Both the position numbers and the translations under genes were made by a program. Positions 1-10,425 of a stretch of 32,000 nt of DNA are shown one piece after another. Under the pieces are notes generated by a model, which was not told where the DNA came from, did not search any database, and was given only the letters and a program-made list of their open reading frames with translations. This DNA comes from Ferroglobus placidus DSM 10642. Its GTDB lineage: Archaea > Halobacteriota > Archaeoglobi > Archaeoglobales > Archaeoglobaceae. Location of the stretch: assembly GCF_000025505.1 (NCBI RefSeq), contig NC_013849.1:1290001-1322000 (forward strand), given 5' to 3'. The stretch's first letter is position 1, and every line of letters begins with the position of its first letter.

Positions 1-123
1 TTCTTTAGCTTTGCTCCTCAATTCGGGATTTTCAGCAATTATCTTTCCAATTACAGCTTTTTCGTTCGCCTTTCCGTATTTAGCAGCGTTCCTAACAACG
101 TGCTTTACAATCAGCTCTTTCAT
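1..123 (-). CDS. gltX: Glutamyl-tRNA synthetase, N-terminal fragment (truncated by window edge)
   Basis: Translation of 123->1 gives MKELIVKHVVRNAAKYGKANEKAVIGKIIAENPELRSKAKE, resembling the archaeal GltX N-terminus. Its ATG overlaps the stop of the upstream gene (ATGA). Confidence 0.7.
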   Translation of the reverse strand, partial: MKELIVKHVVRNAAKYGKANEKAVIGKIIAENPELRSKAKE

Positions 124-1079
124 CAGTAATCCCTCTTTACGAAGAATTCCGCAAGAGCTTCAAGCAGCTTTCTCCCTTCGTTATTCTTGAGAACTTTCAG
201 TTCTTCTCTCGCTTTGTTCAGATATTCAAGAGCTTTATTTTCCGCGTACTCTATAGCTCCGCACTCTATGAGCTTTTTAACGTCCCTCTCAATTACTTCG
301 ATCTCAGCCTTCCCCTTTCCGAAGCTTTCAAGCTCGACTCCCTCTTCGAAGGCTTTTATAACTATAAGCGTCTTCTTTCCCTCAACGAGGTCGCTTCCCC
401 AATCCTTTCCGATCTTTTCCTTTCCGAGGAGGTCGAGGATGTCGTCTTTGATTTGAAAAGCGATTCCCGCGTTGATTCCGTAATTCCACAGAGCTTTTTC
501 GTATTTCTTCTCTCCGAAAAGGATGGCTGGAATCGAGGAAGACAAAGCTATGAGAACGGAAGTCTTTTTTCTAACCATTTCCAAGTACTCCTCTTCACTA
601 ACGAACTCCCTCTCCTCGAACTCTATGTCCATCTGCTGACCTTCGCATATTTCAACGCAGACTTCTGCAAGCTTCCTCATTCCGTTAACTAAGTTCTCGC
701 TTTCAACCTCGCAGTAACTCATGATTTTGAAAGCCTCGGCAAAGAGCGTGTCTCCGGCTAAAATAGCTGTTGGCACTCCGTAGATGGTGTGGACGGTCTT
801 TACTCCCCTTCTCAGCTCGTCTTCGTCCATTATGTCGTCGTGAATTAGGGTGAAGTTGTGTACGACCTCTATAGCCACCGCCGCTGGTAAAATTTTTCTG
901 TAGTCTCTCTCTATGGCTTCGCAGGCTATTAAAGATAGAACCGGTCTTAGCCTCTTTCCTCCGGCGTTAATCAAATGTCTTGCAGCCTTGTAAAGTTTTT
1001 CGGGCTCTTTTACCGGAAGGAATTTCTTAATCTCATCGTTCACGATTTCTGCCCTCTTCTTAATCTCTTCCACTATCAT
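123..1079 (-). CDS. Polyprenyl (geranylgeranyl/farnesyl) diphosphate synthase
   Basis: Both Asp-rich motifs are present (LIHDDIMDEDELRRG and FQIKDDILDLLG), with GGKRLRP. Start placed at MIVEEIKKRAE. Confidence 0.93.
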   Translation of the reverse strand: MIVEEIKKRAEIVNDEIKKFLPVKEPEKLYKAARHLINAGGKRLRPVLSLIACEAIERDYRKILPAAVAIEVVHNFTLIHDDIMDEDELRRGVKTVHTIYGVPTAILAGDTLFAEAFKIMSYCEVESENLVNGMRKLAEVCVEICEGQQMDIEFEEREFVSEEEYLEMVRKKTSVLIALSSSIPAILFGEKKYEKALWNYGINAGIAFQIKDDILDLLGKEKIGKDWGSDLVEGKKTLIVIKAFEEGVELESFGKGKAEIEVIERDVKKLIECGAIEYAENKALEYLNKAREELKVLKNNEGRKLLEALAEFFVKRDY

Positions 1080-1080
1080 T

Positions 1081-2145
1081 CTACCTCCTCCTTGCGAACA
1101 CCTCAACACTTATCTCTCTGAATTCGAGCCACTCTCTGAACTTTCCGGTGATGAAAAGGGGGGCTTTTCTGAGATCTTTCACGCTCTTACAGCCGGTGAG
1201 GAACATCGCTGTTTTTAAACTTTCCACGAAATACTTAACCTTCCTCTTCACCTCTTCCTCGCTAATGGTGGCTGGCTTTAAAAAGGGTAGAGCGATTCCC
1301 GCCGCTTCAGCTCCTAACGCGAGAGCTTTTGCAACGTCGATCCCGCTTCTTATCCCTCCAGTGGCTATCGTCGGCAGGATGTCGTGCACTTCGGCAACGC
1401 AGAAAGCGGTGGGAATTCCCCAGTCCCAGAAGTCTAAAGCGACTTCTCTCATAACGTCGTCCTTTATTCTGAAAACCTCTACAGCACTCCAACTCGTTCC
1501 TCCCTTCCCTCCGACGTCTATAGCTGAAACTCCCGCCTCCCTCAGCTCGAAGGCTACTTCTCTCGAAATTCCTGCTCCTGTCTCTTTAGCTATAATCGGA
1601 ACTTTCAAGCTGCACGCTTCTTCGAGAGCTTCTTTAGCTCCTTCAGCCTTTTTATCGCCCTCCGGCTGAACCGCTTCCTGCAAAAAGTTCAGGTGAATCG
1701 CTAAAGCGTCAGCGTCGATCATCTCTACAGCTTTTTCCGCATACTCTACACCGCTTTCAAGCAGCTGGGATATCCCTATATTGGCTATGACGAAAGCGTT
1801 TGGAGCCTTTTCCCTCACGATTGCGTAAGTATCTACAAGACTATCGTCCTCGATCCCAGCCCTCTGGCTTCCTACGCCGATTCCAATTTTAAATTCCTCA
1901 GCAGCTGCAGCCAAATTCTCGTTAATTCTTTTCGTCTCCGGGTGTCCACCGGTCATTCCGGCAATTATTATGGGAGCGTTAAGCTTTTTTCCGAGAAATT
2001 CGATTTCGAGAGAAATTTTATCGTAATCGACTTCCGGCAGAGCTTTGTGGATAAGCATGACGTCTTCGAAGCCGGTATAGGATGATTCGACGTTCTCCTC
2101 AAGACAAATCCTTATGTGCTCGAACTTCCTCCTTTTCGTTTCCAT
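1081..2145 (-). CDS. fni: Isopentenyl-diphosphate delta-isomerase, type 2 (FMN-dependent)
   Basis: Motifs RKFEHIRICLE, IIIAGMTGG, GVGSQRA, AIHLNFLQE, KETGAGIS, VDVGGKGGTSW. Start placed at METKRRKFEH, which removes the overlap with the next gene. Confidence 0.93.
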   Translation of the reverse strand: METKRRKFEHIRICLEENVESSYTGFEDVMLIHKALPEVDYDKISLEIEFLGKKLNAPIIIAGMTGGHPETKRINENLAAAAEEFKIGIGVGSQRAGIEDDSLVDTYAIVREKAPNAFVIANIGISQLLESGVEYAEKAVEMIDADALAIHLNFLQEAVQPEGDKKAEGAKEALEEACSLKVPIIAKETGAGISREVAFELREAGVSAIDVGGKGGTSWSAVEVFRIKDDVMREVALDFWDWGIPTAFCVAEVHDILPTIATGGIRSGIDVAKALALGAEAAGIALPFLKPATISEEEVKRKVKYFVESLKTAMFLTGCKSVKDLRKAPLFITGKFREWLEFREISVEVFARRR

Positions 2146-2159
2146 GTTTCCACGCTCTT

Positions 2160-2891
2160 CTATATTCTGAAAAACCTTTTCGCGTTTTTGAGAAGAACCT
2201 TCTCGTTCTTCAACTCCTTCCAAAGCTTGTAGACAGCCAGGTAATCCGACTCCGAAAATCCGGTGTCGCTGTTAGCCACGAAGTATTCGTCTCCGAAGTT
2301 GTAGACTATTTCAACAGCCTCTTCAACGCTGAGCTTTCCCGGCTGGACAGTTAAACCCACGTGGTATCCTTTCCTCAACGCTTTTTCAGCAACAGCAGCA
2401 TTCGCATGATCGATCAGGCAGAGCTCTTCCGGAAACTCTATTCTTTCGAGAATTTCAAAGATTTTTTCAGCTACAGCCTCTTTATTTCTCCTCGGGGTGT
2501 GGATTATGCAAGGAACGTCGAGTTTTTTCGCGAGCTTGAGTTGATCTTTAAAAACCTCCACCTCCTCTTTACTCGCCTCCTCCAGTCCTATCTCTCCGAA
2601 AGCTATGTAGCCTTCCACTTCTTCCATGAACTTTAGAGCTTTATCCCACTCCCTCGGAATGCACCTCGGATGAATGCCTATTGCAGCGTAAATGTTCATT
2701 CCAGCCTTCTTTCCTCTCTCCCTTTCGTACTCTATAAGCTTCCTGAAAAGGTCTATTAGCGTTTCCGCAAACAAAGGTCTTATAGGATAGAATGCGCAGC
2801 TCACCGCATGCTTTATTCCGTGATCGCTCATTTTCGCAAGGTCCTTTACGCTTCTACCCTCCGAGTGTATGTGGGAATCGAAAAGCTCCAT
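2160..2891 (-). CDS. TatD-like metal-dependent hydrolase
   Basis: MELFDSHIHSEG (HxH), AAIGIHPR, AFGEIGLE, PCIIHTPR, CLIDHANA, ANSDTG: TatD/amidohydrolase-type pattern. Confidence 0.8.
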   Translation of the reverse strand: MELFDSHIHSEGRSVKDLAKMSDHGIKHAVSCAFYPIRPLFAETLIDLFRKLIEYERERGKKAGMNIYAAIGIHPRCIPREWDKALKFMEEVEGYIAFGEIGLEEASKEEVEVFKDQLKLAKKLDVPCIIHTPRRNKEAVAEKIFEILERIEFPEELCLIDHANAAVAEKALRKGYHVGLTVQPGKLSVEEAVEIVYNFGDEYFVANSDTGFSESDYLAVYKLWKELKNEKVLLKNAKRFFRI

Positions 2892-2915
2892 GCAACTTCT
2901 TCACTTCACGGGATT

Positions 2916-3653
2916 TTAATCTTTGTCTTTCCTCCTCTTAATTTTAAAGGCGTAAACCCCTCTCTTTTTTATCTCCTCAATTTCGAACGAATCGAGTTTC
3001 TTCTCAAGCTCTTCACTTTTTTCGTCGTACAAAACCGTTAAAGCGGCATTTTTCGGCAAAGCGTGAGCGAGCTTTAGAACGAAGTCGTCTCTATCCTCCT
3101 TCGGGATTGCCCTCGCTTCGAGTATAGCGTTTCCGCTCTTCGAAACGATTTCGAGAAATATTTTGCTGGCGAGATTTTCCATCTCTTCAAAACTTCCAAG
3201 CTCTTCGTCAACTCTTTCGAACTCTTTTAAAATTTCCTCTTTTTCCTCCTCGCTAAATACGTTGTTCAAAGCGGGAAAGAGCACGAAATTTTCTCTTTCT
3301 ATGTGGTTCGGGATGAAATTTGCCCAGTTTCTGAGGTTTACAATAGCATCTTCGATCTTCCCTTCTTCGAGAGCTTTTACAGCTTGCTTTACAACTCCTC
3401 TCGTCATTTCGTGCTCTTTTTCCATAGCCTCGATCGGAGAGTAATCAATCCTCTTCTTCTTCGTCCTCTCGAAAACCACTTTTTCTTCCTTTTCGTGGTG
3501 GTATCTGTCGGCATAATTTCTTATGAAATTAACTGCTTCCTTCAAAATTTCTGGATTTATTTCGTGAGTTGTTTTCATTGCAGCAAGTGCCGAAGCTACT
3601 TGGAGTATCGGATAGTGCTCTACTGCGAGAATTTCAAACGGATTCTTTGTCAT
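2916..3653 (-). CDS. Hemerythrin/HHE-domain protein with a C-terminal DUF2249-like domain
   Basis: Histidine pattern AVEHYPIL, DRYHHEKEEKVVF, EKEHEMTRG, NHIERENFVLFP fits HHE. The C-terminus (ILEARAIPKEDRDDFVLKLAHALPKNAALTVLYDEKSEELEKKL...YAFKIKRR) resembles DUF2249. Confidence 0.8.
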   Translation of the reverse strand: MTKNPFEILAVEHYPILQVASALAAMKTTHEINPEILKEAVNFIRNYADRYHHEKEEKVVFERTKKKRIDYSPIEAMEKEHEMTRGVVKQAVKALEEGKIEDAIVNLRNWANFIPNHIERENFVLFPALNNVFSEEEKEEILKEFERVDEELGSFEEMENLASKIFLEIVSKSGNAILEARAIPKEDRDDFVLKLAHALPKNAALTVLYDEKSEELEKKLDSFEIEEIKKRGVYAFKIKRRKDKD

Positions 3654-3730
3654 TGAAAAATAGTTTCGCCGGTTTTATTAAATTGTTTCTCTCGGAAAAC
3701 CTTTAATTTTATAAAAGTCAATTGTCGTTT

Positions 3731-5062
3731 ATGGCGGAGAGATACGGAGAAATATACGACTATTACGTCGACGAGAGCTACGAGCCGAACAGGAAGAGGG
3801 ATGTAATAGCGGTTTTTAAAATAACCCCGGCTGAGGGTTACACGATAAAGGAATGTGCAGGAGGCGTTGCAGCGGAAAGCTCGACGGGAACTTGGACGAC
3901 TCTCTACCCTTGGTACGAGGAGGAGAGGTGGAAAGACCTTTCTGCTAAAGCTTACGAGTTCGTCGAGCACGACGGAAGCTGGATAGTGAAAATAGCCTAT
4001 CCCTACCACGCTTTCGAGGAAAGAAACCTTCCGGCTTTGTTGGCTTCTATCGCCGGAAACGTCTTCGGAATGAGGAGGGTGAAGGCGTTAAGGCTTGAAG
4101 ATTTGTATTTGCCTGAAAAACTGATTAGAGAGTTCAAAGGTCCGAGCAAAGGTATCGAGGGAGTAAGGAAAATGCTCGAGATTAAGGACAGACCGATTTA
4201 CGGAGTAGTTCCAAAGCCGAAGGTCGGTTATTCGGCTGAGGAATTCGAAAGCTTGGCTTACGACCTCCTCTCCTCCGGAGCTGATTACATCAAAGACGAC
4301 GAAAACCTTGCCTCTCCTTGGTATAACAGGTTTGAGGAACGAGCGAGGATCGTTAGCAGAGTTATAGAAAAGGTTGAGAGCGAGACTGGAGAGAAGAAGA
4401 CTTGGTTCGCAAACATCACAGCTAACGTAAAGGAGATGGAAAGAAGGCTTGAAATTCTCGCCGAGCACAATTTAAAGCACGCGATGGTTGACGTAGTTAT
4501 TTGTGGCTGGGCGGTTCTCGAGCACATAAGGGATATTGCTGAAGACTACAACCTTGCTATCCACGGGCATAGGGCGATGCACGCCGCTTTTACGAGAAAT
4601 CCTCAGCACGGAATCTCGATGTTCGTTTTAGCCAAGCTTTATAGGCTTATAGGGATCGACCAGCTCCACGTCGGAACAGCTGGAGCGGGAAAACTTGAGG
4701 GTGGTAAGTGGGAAGTAATTCAGAATGCGAGGATTCTGAGAGAAATGCACTACAAGCCGGAGGAAGGAGACGTCTTCCACCTCGAGCAAAAGTTCTACAG
4801 CATCAAGCCGGCTTTCCCCGTTAGTTCAGGCGGACTGCACCCGGGCAACTTGGCACAGGTTTTCGAAGCTCTCGGAACGGACATAGTCATTCAGGTAGGA
4901 GGAGGAACTGTTGGGCATCCAGACGGTCCAAAAGCCGGGGCTAAGGCTGTTAGGCAGGCTATAGATGCTATAATGCAGGGAATTCCCCTCGAAGAGTATG
5001 CGAAAAAGCATAAAGAGCTTGCGAGAGCTTTGGAGAAGTGGGGAACGGTTACACCAATTTAG
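3731..5062 (+). CDS. rbcL: Form III ribulose-bisphosphate carboxylase, large subunit
   Basis: Catalytic motifs PKPKVGYS, ADYIKDDE (carbamylated Lys context), HGHRAMHAAFT, VGTAGAGKLEGG, VSSGGLHPG, QVGGGTVGHPDG. ATG at 3731 preferred to the TTG at 3722. Confidence 0.95.
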   Translation: MAERYGEIYDYYVDESYEPNRKRDVIAVFKITPAEGYTIKECAGGVAAESSTGTWTTLYPWYEEERWKDLSAKAYEFVEHDGSWIVKIAYPYHAFEERNLPALLASIAGNVFGMRRVKALRLEDLYLPEKLIREFKGPSKGIEGVRKMLEIKDRPIYGVVPKPKVGYSAEEFESLAYDLLSSGADYIKDDENLASPWYNRFEERARIVSRVIEKVESETGEKKTWFANITANVKEMERRLEILAEHNLKHAMVDVVICGWAVLEHIRDIAEDYNLAIHGHRAMHAAFTRNPQHGISMFVLAKLYRLIGIDQLHVGTAGAGKLEGGKWEVIQNARILREMHYKPEEGDVFHLEQKFYSIKPAFPVSSGGLHPGNLAQVFEALGTDIVIQVGGGTVGHPDGPKAGAKAVRQAIDAIMQGIPLEEYAKKHKELARALEKWGTVTPI

Positions 5063-5080
5063 TTAAACAATTTAGTTAAA
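5055..5080 (+). repeat. Perfect 13-bp tandem duplication (CAATTTAGTTAAA x2) across the rbcL stop codon
   Basis: Direct reading: 5055-5067 and 5068-5080 are identical. Confidence 0.9.
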
Positions 5081-5109
5081 TCTAAATAATCTTTTATCGA
5101 GAAATTTTT

Positions 5110-5868
5110 ATGAAGCCCTCGGAGTTTGCGAACGTTCTTCAAAGGTATTTGAGAACGCCTACTTTTCCGATAGGTTTCAAATTCGTGAAAGACCCTTCGG
5201 AAGTTCCGGAAAAGGCGAGAAGGCTGAAAGACATAACGATCTGTCAGGGTTACAACTTAGCGAGGTATTACAGGTGGACTGTCTTCATAGATAAAGAGAC
5301 GGTCTGTCCTATTGGTCTCATCGCTTACGGATTCGCTAAGCCTGACGAGCTTTACGAGAGCGGAGAAATTGCCGTCGCGGGAGGTTACGCGGAAAACGCC
5401 GAGATAGGTAAGAAGTTTGAGGAAGCGATTGTAAAACTCGATTACGGAGAGTACATAGGTTTTATCGCATTTCCTCTCGAGAGGGACGAAGCTGAGCCGG
5501 ACATCGTCGTAGTTCACGGTTTGCCGGCGCAAATCTTAAGGTTGGTTCACGCCGTTCTCTACGACACCGGTGGAGCCTTCGAGACGAAGATTCTGGGAAG
5601 AGCTTCTTGCAGCGAGTATCTCGAAGCTTTCGTTGAAAAGAAGCCGAGGTTCGTCTTAACTTGCTACGGAGAGAGAATTTTCGGACTAACTCAGGATTAC
5701 GAAGTTTCATTCGCTTTCCCTTGGGAGATGGCTGAGAAGATTGCGAGAAATCTTGAGAGAACGCACAAAATGGGAATAAGGTATCCGATCCCCTTCAGCG
5801 GCTTAAGAACGAAACCGATTTTGCCGGAGAAGTACGTGGAATCTCTGGAGAACATAAAGAAGGAGTAG
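5110..5868 (+). CDS. DUF169 family protein
   Basis: PIGFKFVKDPSEVPEKARRL, CQGYNLARYYRW, PIGLIAYGF, GGAFETKILGRASCSEY: DUF169-like pattern. Confidence 0.75.
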   Translation: MKPSEFANVLQRYLRTPTFPIGFKFVKDPSEVPEKARRLKDITICQGYNLARYYRWTVFIDKETVCPIGLIAYGFAKPDELYESGEIAVAGGYAENAEIGKKFEEAIVKLDYGEYIGFIAFPLERDEAEPDIVVVHGLPAQILRLVHAVLYDTGGAFETKILGRASCSEYLEAFVEKKPRFVLTCYGERIFGLTQDYEVSFAFPWEMAEKIARNLERTHKMGIRYPIPFSGLRTKPILPEKYVESLENIKKE

Positions 5869-5940
5869 CTTCGCAATCATTTTTTTAGATTTAACCTCAA
5901 GTTCAAAACGGTTTTATATCCTCTTCGCTCTCTTGAAAAT

Positions 5941-6183
5941 ATGATAGCTGAGGTTTACATCAAGCTCAAGGAGGGAGTTACCGATCCGGAAGGGGAAGCT
6001 ACGAAAAAAGCTCTAAACTTGCTGGGTTTTAAGAACGTTAAAAGGGTTTCGAGCGTGAAGGTTTTTCGAATAGAAATTGAAGGCGTAAGCAAGGAGGAAG
6101 CTGAAAAGGAAGTTGAGGAGATGTGTAAGAAGCTTTTAGCAAATCCGGTTATTCACGATTACGAAGTGAGGTGGGTTGATTAG
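5941..6183 (+). CDS. purS: Phosphoribosylformylglycinamidine synthase subunit PurS
   Basis: 80 aa, [28 protein letters not shown], immediately upstream of purL. Confidence 0.93.
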   Translation: MIAEVYIKLKEGVTDPEGEATKKALNLLGFKNVKRVSSVKVFRIEIEGVSKEEAEKEVEEMCKKLLANPVIHDYEVRWVD

Positions 6184-6185
6184 GT

Positions 6186-8453
6186 ATGTATCGCGAGATC
6201 TATCCCGGTGTTTACGAAGTAGACATTTTGAATGCGAGCGACGAAGATCTCGTAAAGATCAGCGAGGAGATGGGGTTAAACTTGTCCCTCGATGAAATGA
6301 AAGTTATTAAAGAGTATTTTAAGAAGAAGGGTAGAAATCCGAGGGATATCGAGTTGCAAGCTTTGGGACAGGCTTGGAGCGAGCACTGCTGCTACAAAAG
6401 CTCGAAGTACTGGTTGAAAAAGTACCTCCTCGGCTTCAAAACGGATTACGTCATCTCTACCGAATACGACGCTGGAGTGGTTGAGTTCGATGAAGAGCAA
6501 GCTTACGTTGTTGCTTTGGAATCCCACAACCACCCTTCGGCAGTTGAGCCTTACGGAGGAGCTGCTACCGGCATCGGCGGAATTTTGAGAGACGTGCTTT
6601 GCATGGGCGCTCAGCCCGTAGCTTTGGTAGACCCTCTATTTTTCGGAGAACTTTCCACTCCATACGAAAAACTTCCACCGGGAATAAAGCATCCAGTTTA
6701 CCTCTTGGAGGGAGTTGTGGCTGGGATAAGGGATTACGGTAACAGAGTTGGAATACCAACGGTAGCTGGAATGGTCTTCTTCGACGAAAGCTATCTCACT
6801 AATTGCCTCGTCAATGTAGGATGTGTAGGAATAGCTAAGAAGGATAGGATAATTCCGAGTAAAGCCGGAGGAGAGGGAGACATTTTCATCCTCGCCGGAG
6901 GTGCGACCGGAAGAGACGGAATTCACGGAGTTACTTTTGCTTCGGCTGAGCTAACGGATACTGAAAGCACGAGGAGTGCCGTTCAGTTAGGAAATCCGAT
7001 AATGAAGGAGCCGCTGATTCACGCTTGTTTGGAGATAGTCGAAAAGGGATTGCTTACCGGGATGAAGGATCTTGGCGGAGGAGGTTTGAGCTGTGCTGTC
7101 GGAGAAATGGCTTTGGCTGCCGGCTACGGAGCTGAGGTGTGGCTCGACAAGGTTCACCTGAAGGAGAAGGACATGAAGCCTTGGGAGATATGGATCAGCG
7201 AAAGTCAGGAGAGGATGCTCCTAACCGTGAAGCCCAAGCACGTTGATGAAGTTCTGTACATCTTCAGAAAGTGGGACGTACCAGCGAGCGTCATTGGAGT
7301 TGTTAAGGGAGAAAAAGTTCTTCGAGTTTACTACAAAGACTGGCTGATTTACGAGATGGACATCGAATTCGTCACTAAGGGACCCGAGTACTGCAGAGCA
7401 ACTGCCGAGAAGAGGGAAAAGGTTGAGGTGGATGAGGTAAAGGAGCCTGAGGATTTCGCAAAAGTTTTCCTAAAAATGATGTCTCACCCGAACGTAGCGA
7501 GCAAGGAATGGGTGATAAGGCAGTACGATCACGAGGTTAGAGGGAACACAGTCTTAAAACCCCTTCAGGGAAGAATTGGCTTCGAAACTCACGGAGATGC
7601 GGCTGTAGTTAAACCGACGGAGAGCTGGAGAGGCTTGGCAATAACTGCAGACGTTAATCCGTGGATGACGAGGATCGATCCCTTCTGGGGGACCGCGTCG
7701 GCGTTCGACGAGATGGTGAGGAATTTGGTGGCTGTGAACAGCAGACCTCACAGCTTCGTAGATTGCTTGAACTTCGGAAATCCGGAAAAACCCGAAAGAA
7801 TGTGGGAGTTTGTCGAGAGCGTTAAAGCTCTCGGCTGGATGTCGAAGGAATTCGGTTTACCCTGCGTGAGCGGAAACGTTAGCTTTTACAACGAAACTCC
7901 TTACGGCGGCGTTGCTCCGACTCCGACGCTTATGGGGATAGGTATTGTGGAGGACGTTAGAAAAGCGGTAACTTCCAACTTCAAGAAGGAGGGTAGCGAG
8001 ATAGTTCTCGTAGGAGAGACGAAGAGAGAATTCGGAGGAAGCCTTTACTCGAAGGTTACTGGAATGAAGTGCAACGTAGTTCCTAAAACCGATCCTAAGG
8101 TTTTGAAGAATTACGCCGAAGCCATGCTCGAAGCTTTCAAAAAGTTTAAGGTTTTATCCTGCCACGATCCGGCAGAAGGAGGCGTGGCTGTAGCTTTAGC
8201 TGAAATGGCTATTTGCGGAATAGGTTTTGAAGTTGATTTGAGCTTTACCGAGCTTTTCAGCGAATCAAACACGAGGTGGATAGTCGAAGTGAAAAATGCC
8301 GAGAACTTCGTGAACTTCTTCGAAGAGAAGGGATTGAGAGCGAGAGTGATCGGATACACCGGCGGAGATAAGTTGAATTACGGAAGGTTTTCAGTAGAAT
8401 TAAGCGAAGTCGAAAAAGCTTGGAGGAGTGGTTTCTCGAAATTCCTGAGGTGA
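6186..8453 (+). CDS. purL: Phosphoribosylformylglycinamidine synthase subunit PurL
   Basis: [66 protein letters not shown]. Confidence 0.97.
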   Translation: MYREIYPGVYEVDILNASDEDLVKISEEMGLNLSLDEMKVIKEYFKKKGRNPRDIELQALGQAWSEHCCYKSSKYWLKKYLLGFKTDYVISTEYDAGVVEFDEEQAYVVALESHNHPSAVEPYGGAATGIGGILRDVLCMGAQPVALVDPLFFGELSTPYEKLPPGIKHPVYLLEGVVAGIRDYGNRVGIPTVAGMVFFDESYLTNCLVNVGCVGIAKKDRIIPSKAGGEGDIFILAGGATGRDGIHGVTFASAELTDTESTRSAVQLGNPIMKEPLIHACLEIVEKGLLTGMKDLGGGGLSCAVGEMALAAGYGAEVWLDKVHLKEKDMKPWEIWISESQERMLLTVKPKHVDEVLYIFRKWDVPASVIGVVKGEKVLRVYYKDWLIYEMDIEFVTKGPEYCRATAEKREKVEVDEVKEPEDFAKVFLKMMSHPNVASKEWVIRQYDHEVRGNTVLKPLQGRIGFETHGDAAVVKPTESWRGLAITADVNPWMTRIDPFWGTASAFDEMVRNLVAVNSRPHSFVDCLNFGNPEKPERMWEFVESVKALGWMSKEFGLPCVSGNVSFYNETPYGGVAPTPTLMGIGIVEDVRKAVTSNFKKEGSEIVLVGETKREFGGSLYSKVTGMKCNVVPKTDPKVLKNYAEAMLEAFKKFKVLSCHDPAEGGVAVALAEMAICGIGFEVDLSFTELFSESNTRWIVEVKNAENFVNFFEEKGLRARVIGYTGGDKLNYGRFSVELSEVEKAWRSGFSKFLR

Positions 8454-9271
8454 TGCTGATGGACATTAGAGTGGCTGTTTTGAGAATTGAGGGAACGAAC
8501 TGCGAAGACGAGACTGTGAGAGCTTTCAGAGCTTTGGGAGTTGAAGCTGAAGCTGTCCACCTCAAGCAGTTTTACAGCGACATGATAAAAGATGATGAGG
8601 TTAGAAGCGTATGGGATTACCACTGCTTAGTCTTCCCCGGGGGATTTTCTGCTGGAGACTACGTTAGAGCCGGAGCGATCTTTTCGGCGAGGGTGAAAAG
8701 CGTTTTGAGGAAAGATCTTGAGGAGTTTATAAAAGAAGGCTATCCGGTTTTGGGAATTTGCAACGGATTTCAGGTTCTCGTCGAGCTCGGAGCCTTGCCG
8801 GGCTTTGACGAGGATAAGCCGATAGCTGAGGAGCCTCAGATGGCTTTAGCGATAAACGACAGCAACAGGTTCGAGTGCAGACCGACTTTTCTCAAGCACG
8901 AAAACAGAGGGAAGTGCGTTTTCACGAGGAAGTTAAAGAAGGAAATCGTCATGTATCCCGTTGCACACGCTGAAGGAAAAGTCGTCTTTCCCAGGGGTAA
9001 GGAGGAAGAGTACCTCGAGAGGCTCATAGAGAACGATCAGATCGTTTTCAGATACGTCGATCCCGAAGGAAATTACGCTTCTTACCCTTGGAACCCTAAC
9101 GGAAGCTTCTACAACATAGCCGGAATTTGCAACGTTAAGGGCAACGTCTTCGGTTTAATGCCACATCCGGAAAGAGCGTTTTTCGGATGGCAAGTCGGAA
9201 GAGAAGAGGAGTTTTTCGACGGAAAATACGTTTTTGAGAGCGTTGTAGATTACCTCAGAAAATTTTATTAA
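8453..9271 (+). CDS. purQ: Phosphoribosylformylglycinamidine synthase subunit PurQ
   Basis: VLRIEGTNCEDE, FPGGFSAGDYVRAG, GICNGFQVLVELG, HAEGK, LMPHPERA: class I glutaminase. ATG at 8453 overlaps the purL stop. Confidence 0.95.
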   Translation: MLMDIRVAVLRIEGTNCEDETVRAFRALGVEAEAVHLKQFYSDMIKDDEVRSVWDYHCLVFPGGFSAGDYVRAGAIFSARVKSVLRKDLEEFIKEGYPVLGICNGFQVLVELGALPGFDEDKPIAEEPQMALAINDSNRFECRPTFLKHENRGKCVFTRKLKKEIVMYPVAHAEGKVVFPRGKEEEYLERLIENDQIVFRYVDPEGNYASYPWNPNGSFYNIAGICNVKGNVFGLMPHPERAFFGWQVGREEEFFDGKYVFESVVDYLRKFY

Positions 9272-9313
9272 AAAACCAAAACAGCTTTAAATTAACTGTT
9301 ATTATTAATTTCT

Positions 9314-10381
9314 ATGGAACTGGAGAAGCTTTGCGAAATTCTTGACAAAAAAGCTTCGGAGATCGACAGAAACAACGACATGGGAGAAGTTTTCGAGGAG
9401 GTCGTGAATTCCGGGGCTCTTGCACTGATGATTCCGAAGGAGTACGGGGGAGAAGGAAAAGATTACTACGAAATGAGCCTTATTGCCGAAAAACTCGCTT
9501 ACTACTCTGCCGGAGTTGCTCACAGCGTGATAGTTCACGGGATGGCTGTCGATGCTTTGAGGATTTTTGGTAGCGAGGAGCAGAAGAAAAAGTACTTCCC
9601 TAAGCTGATGAAAGGCTTTGGAACTCTTGCTATTACCGAGCCGACCGGAGGGAGCGACGTTGCCAATGCCGTCAAAACTAAAGCCGAAAGGAAGGGAGAC
9701 GTTTACGTTATAAACGGAAACAAAACTCTGATAACGAACGGAGAGTTTGCGGAGCTTTTCATCGTGATCGCAAGGACTGGAGAGGGGGCTAAGGGGTTAA
9801 CCGCTTTCATCGTAGAGAGGGGAGAAGGAATAGAGACGACGAAAATAGACCTTTCGGGAATGCGGGGAAGTGGTTTAGCGAGCGTTCGTTTCAAGGATGT
9901 GGAGGTGCCGGCGGAGAACGTTATAGGAGGGGAAGGTAAGGGTATGAGAGTTGCTTTAGGAACTCTCGCTCCGAACAGGATTCCTTTCGCTGCAATGGGC
10001 ATCGGCATAGCTCAAAGATGCCTCGACCTGGCTGTGGAAAGAGCTAAGAGCAGAGAAGCTTTCGGAGGGAGGCTTGCTGACTTGCAGGCTGTGCAGTTCA
10101 TGTTAGCTGAATTAGCAGCTGACGTAGAGGCTCTGAGAAAACTAATTTACGGATTTGCAAAGGATATGGGTGACACAAATTATTCTGGAGCTATTTGCAA
10201 GCTAAAGGCTGCTGAAGTGGCAAAGAAGGCTGCTGATATAGCGATGGAGATTTACGGAGGTTTCGGCTTGCTTTCGAATTCGAAGGTCGAAATGGCTCAC
10301 AGAGATGCGAAGGTTTTGGACATTGCCGAAGGTGCGACTGAGGTTATGAAACTCCTCATAGCGAGAAAACTCTTCTCATAA
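9314..10381 (+). CDS. Acyl-CoA dehydrogenase family protein
   Basis: GTLAITEPTGGSDVA, NGNKTLITNGEFAELFIVIART, GMRGSGLASVRFKDVEVP, EIYGGFGLL. Confidence 0.92.
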   Translation: MELEKLCEILDKKASEIDRNNDMGEVFEEVVNSGALALMIPKEYGGEGKDYYEMSLIAEKLAYYSAGVAHSVIVHGMAVDALRIFGSEEQKKKYFPKLMKGFGTLAITEPTGGSDVANAVKTKAERKGDVYVINGNKTLITNGEFAELFIVIARTGEGAKGLTAFIVERGEGIETTKIDLSGMRGSGLASVRFKDVEVPAENVIGGEGKGMRVALGTLAPNRIPFAAMGIGIAQRCLDLAVERAKSREAFGGRLADLQAVQFMLAELAADVEALRKLIYGFAKDMGDTNYSGAICKLKAAEVAKKAADIAMEIYGGFGLLSNSKVEMAHRDAKVLDIAEGATEVMKLLIARKLFS

Positions 10382-10425
10382 GTTTTTTATTCAAACCTTT
10401 TTCCTTTTTTTCGGGAGGTGGTTAC

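Noticed and set aside
4088-4468. Antisense ORFs across rbcL (3650-4009, 4088-4468)
   Set aside because: rbcL is strongly supported by its motifs; the antisense translations have no recognisable features.
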